A stretch of 64,000 nt of DNA from a virus. Where the stretch lies: the IMG/VR virus record IMGVR_UViG_3300027969_000001, positions 1-64,000 of that record; one strand, given 5' to 3'. Shown piece by piece: positions 63,657 to 64,000 of the stretch. The position numbers were made by a program, and so were the translations under genes. Within the stretch, counting starts at the first letter, position 1; every line of letters begins with the position of its first letter. The notes beneath the pieces were generated by a model that worked only from the letters and a program-made list of their open reading frames with translations, searched no databases and was not told the origin of the DNA.

Positions 63657-63689
63657 CGCTCAATTATTGGTAATAGATAAGTGCCAATT

Positions 63690-63716
63690 GTAGGTCTGAA
63701 CCTACGGTGGTACTGT
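63690..63716 (+). promoter_or_regulatory. Motif B promoter
   Basis: GTAGGTCTGAACCT-N7-TACTGT. Confidence 0.7.
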
Positions 63717-63743
63717 GTGGTCACCTAAGGAAAGGGGTACGCA

Positions 63744-64000
63744 ATGTCATCAGACATTACATTCATCAACAGAGTGCAGGAAGCACTCACGGCAGGCAAG
63801 GTTATCGGGGACGGGCACACTCTGTTCGCTCCCGAGTTCTACGAGCCGTACTTCACGGCAGAGGAACTCTCTAGCCTTATTCGTAAGCACGAATCTCACG
63901 GCTCGTGGAAATCCACCATCTTTGACGAGGACGGCAATGTCATTCCTGAATTAGAGGCTATCTACAATCTAGATTTTCTCTACTGGCTCGCAGGGCAACT
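63744..64000 (+). CDS. Hypothetical protein (3' truncated by window)
   Basis: AAAGGGG RBS; MSSDITFINRVQEAL... open to window end. Confidence 0.6.
   Translation, partial: MSSDITFINRVQEALTAGKVIGDGHTLFAPEFYEPYFTAEELSSLIRKHESHGSWKSTIFDEDGNVIPELEAIYNLDFLYWLAGQ

Larger units (their letters stand above)
42576..63683. repeat. Dispersed motif A, AATAGATAAGT(C/G): ~57 copies here plus 35714 and 40574
   Basis: Examples at 43088, 45442, 45461, 45641, 48526, 49992, 51418, 56406, 57181 (reverse) and 58008, 58896, 62015, 62911, 63672 (forward). Confidence 0.95.

Noticed and set aside
38641-63683. Integron attC sites
   Set aside because: No consistent RYYYAAC...GTTRRRY ends and no integrase seen; cassettes carry their own promoters.

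Overview
Fragment of a large tailed phage, probably with a contractile tail (baseplate gp25/J/I-like genes). The host is probably an actinobacterium: the window has WhiB, a proteasome-beta-like protease, an actinobacterial-type MetAP and a leaderless gene. 1-26 kb holds baseplate, tail-fibre and collagen-like genes interleaved with a glycosyltransferase, a flavin-dependent halogenase, a 2OG-Fe(II) oxygenase and an unusual His-rich fibre. 26-32 kb holds a large surface protein and a duplicated lysis module interrupted by a host-like map gene with 12-bp direct repeats. 32-42 kb holds regulators, a phosphoesterase, a protease and replication-initiation genes. 42.5-64 kb, the most striking part, is a divergently transcribed array of small-gene cassettes built from four dispersed DNA motifs. 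(A) About 59 copies of AATAGATAAGT(C/G), mostly oriented with transcription and also inside genes, where it reads IDKS. (B) 20 copies of a promoter GTAGKTYYGTACCT-N7-TANNNT. (C) 15 copies of AGCCCCG-N16/17/27-CGGGGCT with variable spacers and helically phased arms. (D) 7 copies of CATCCACCACCGTCA-N5-TAAC. No CRISPR array, tRNA, integrase or transposase was recognised. All motif counts and coordinates were read by eye, and family names come from motif recognition, not database searches.
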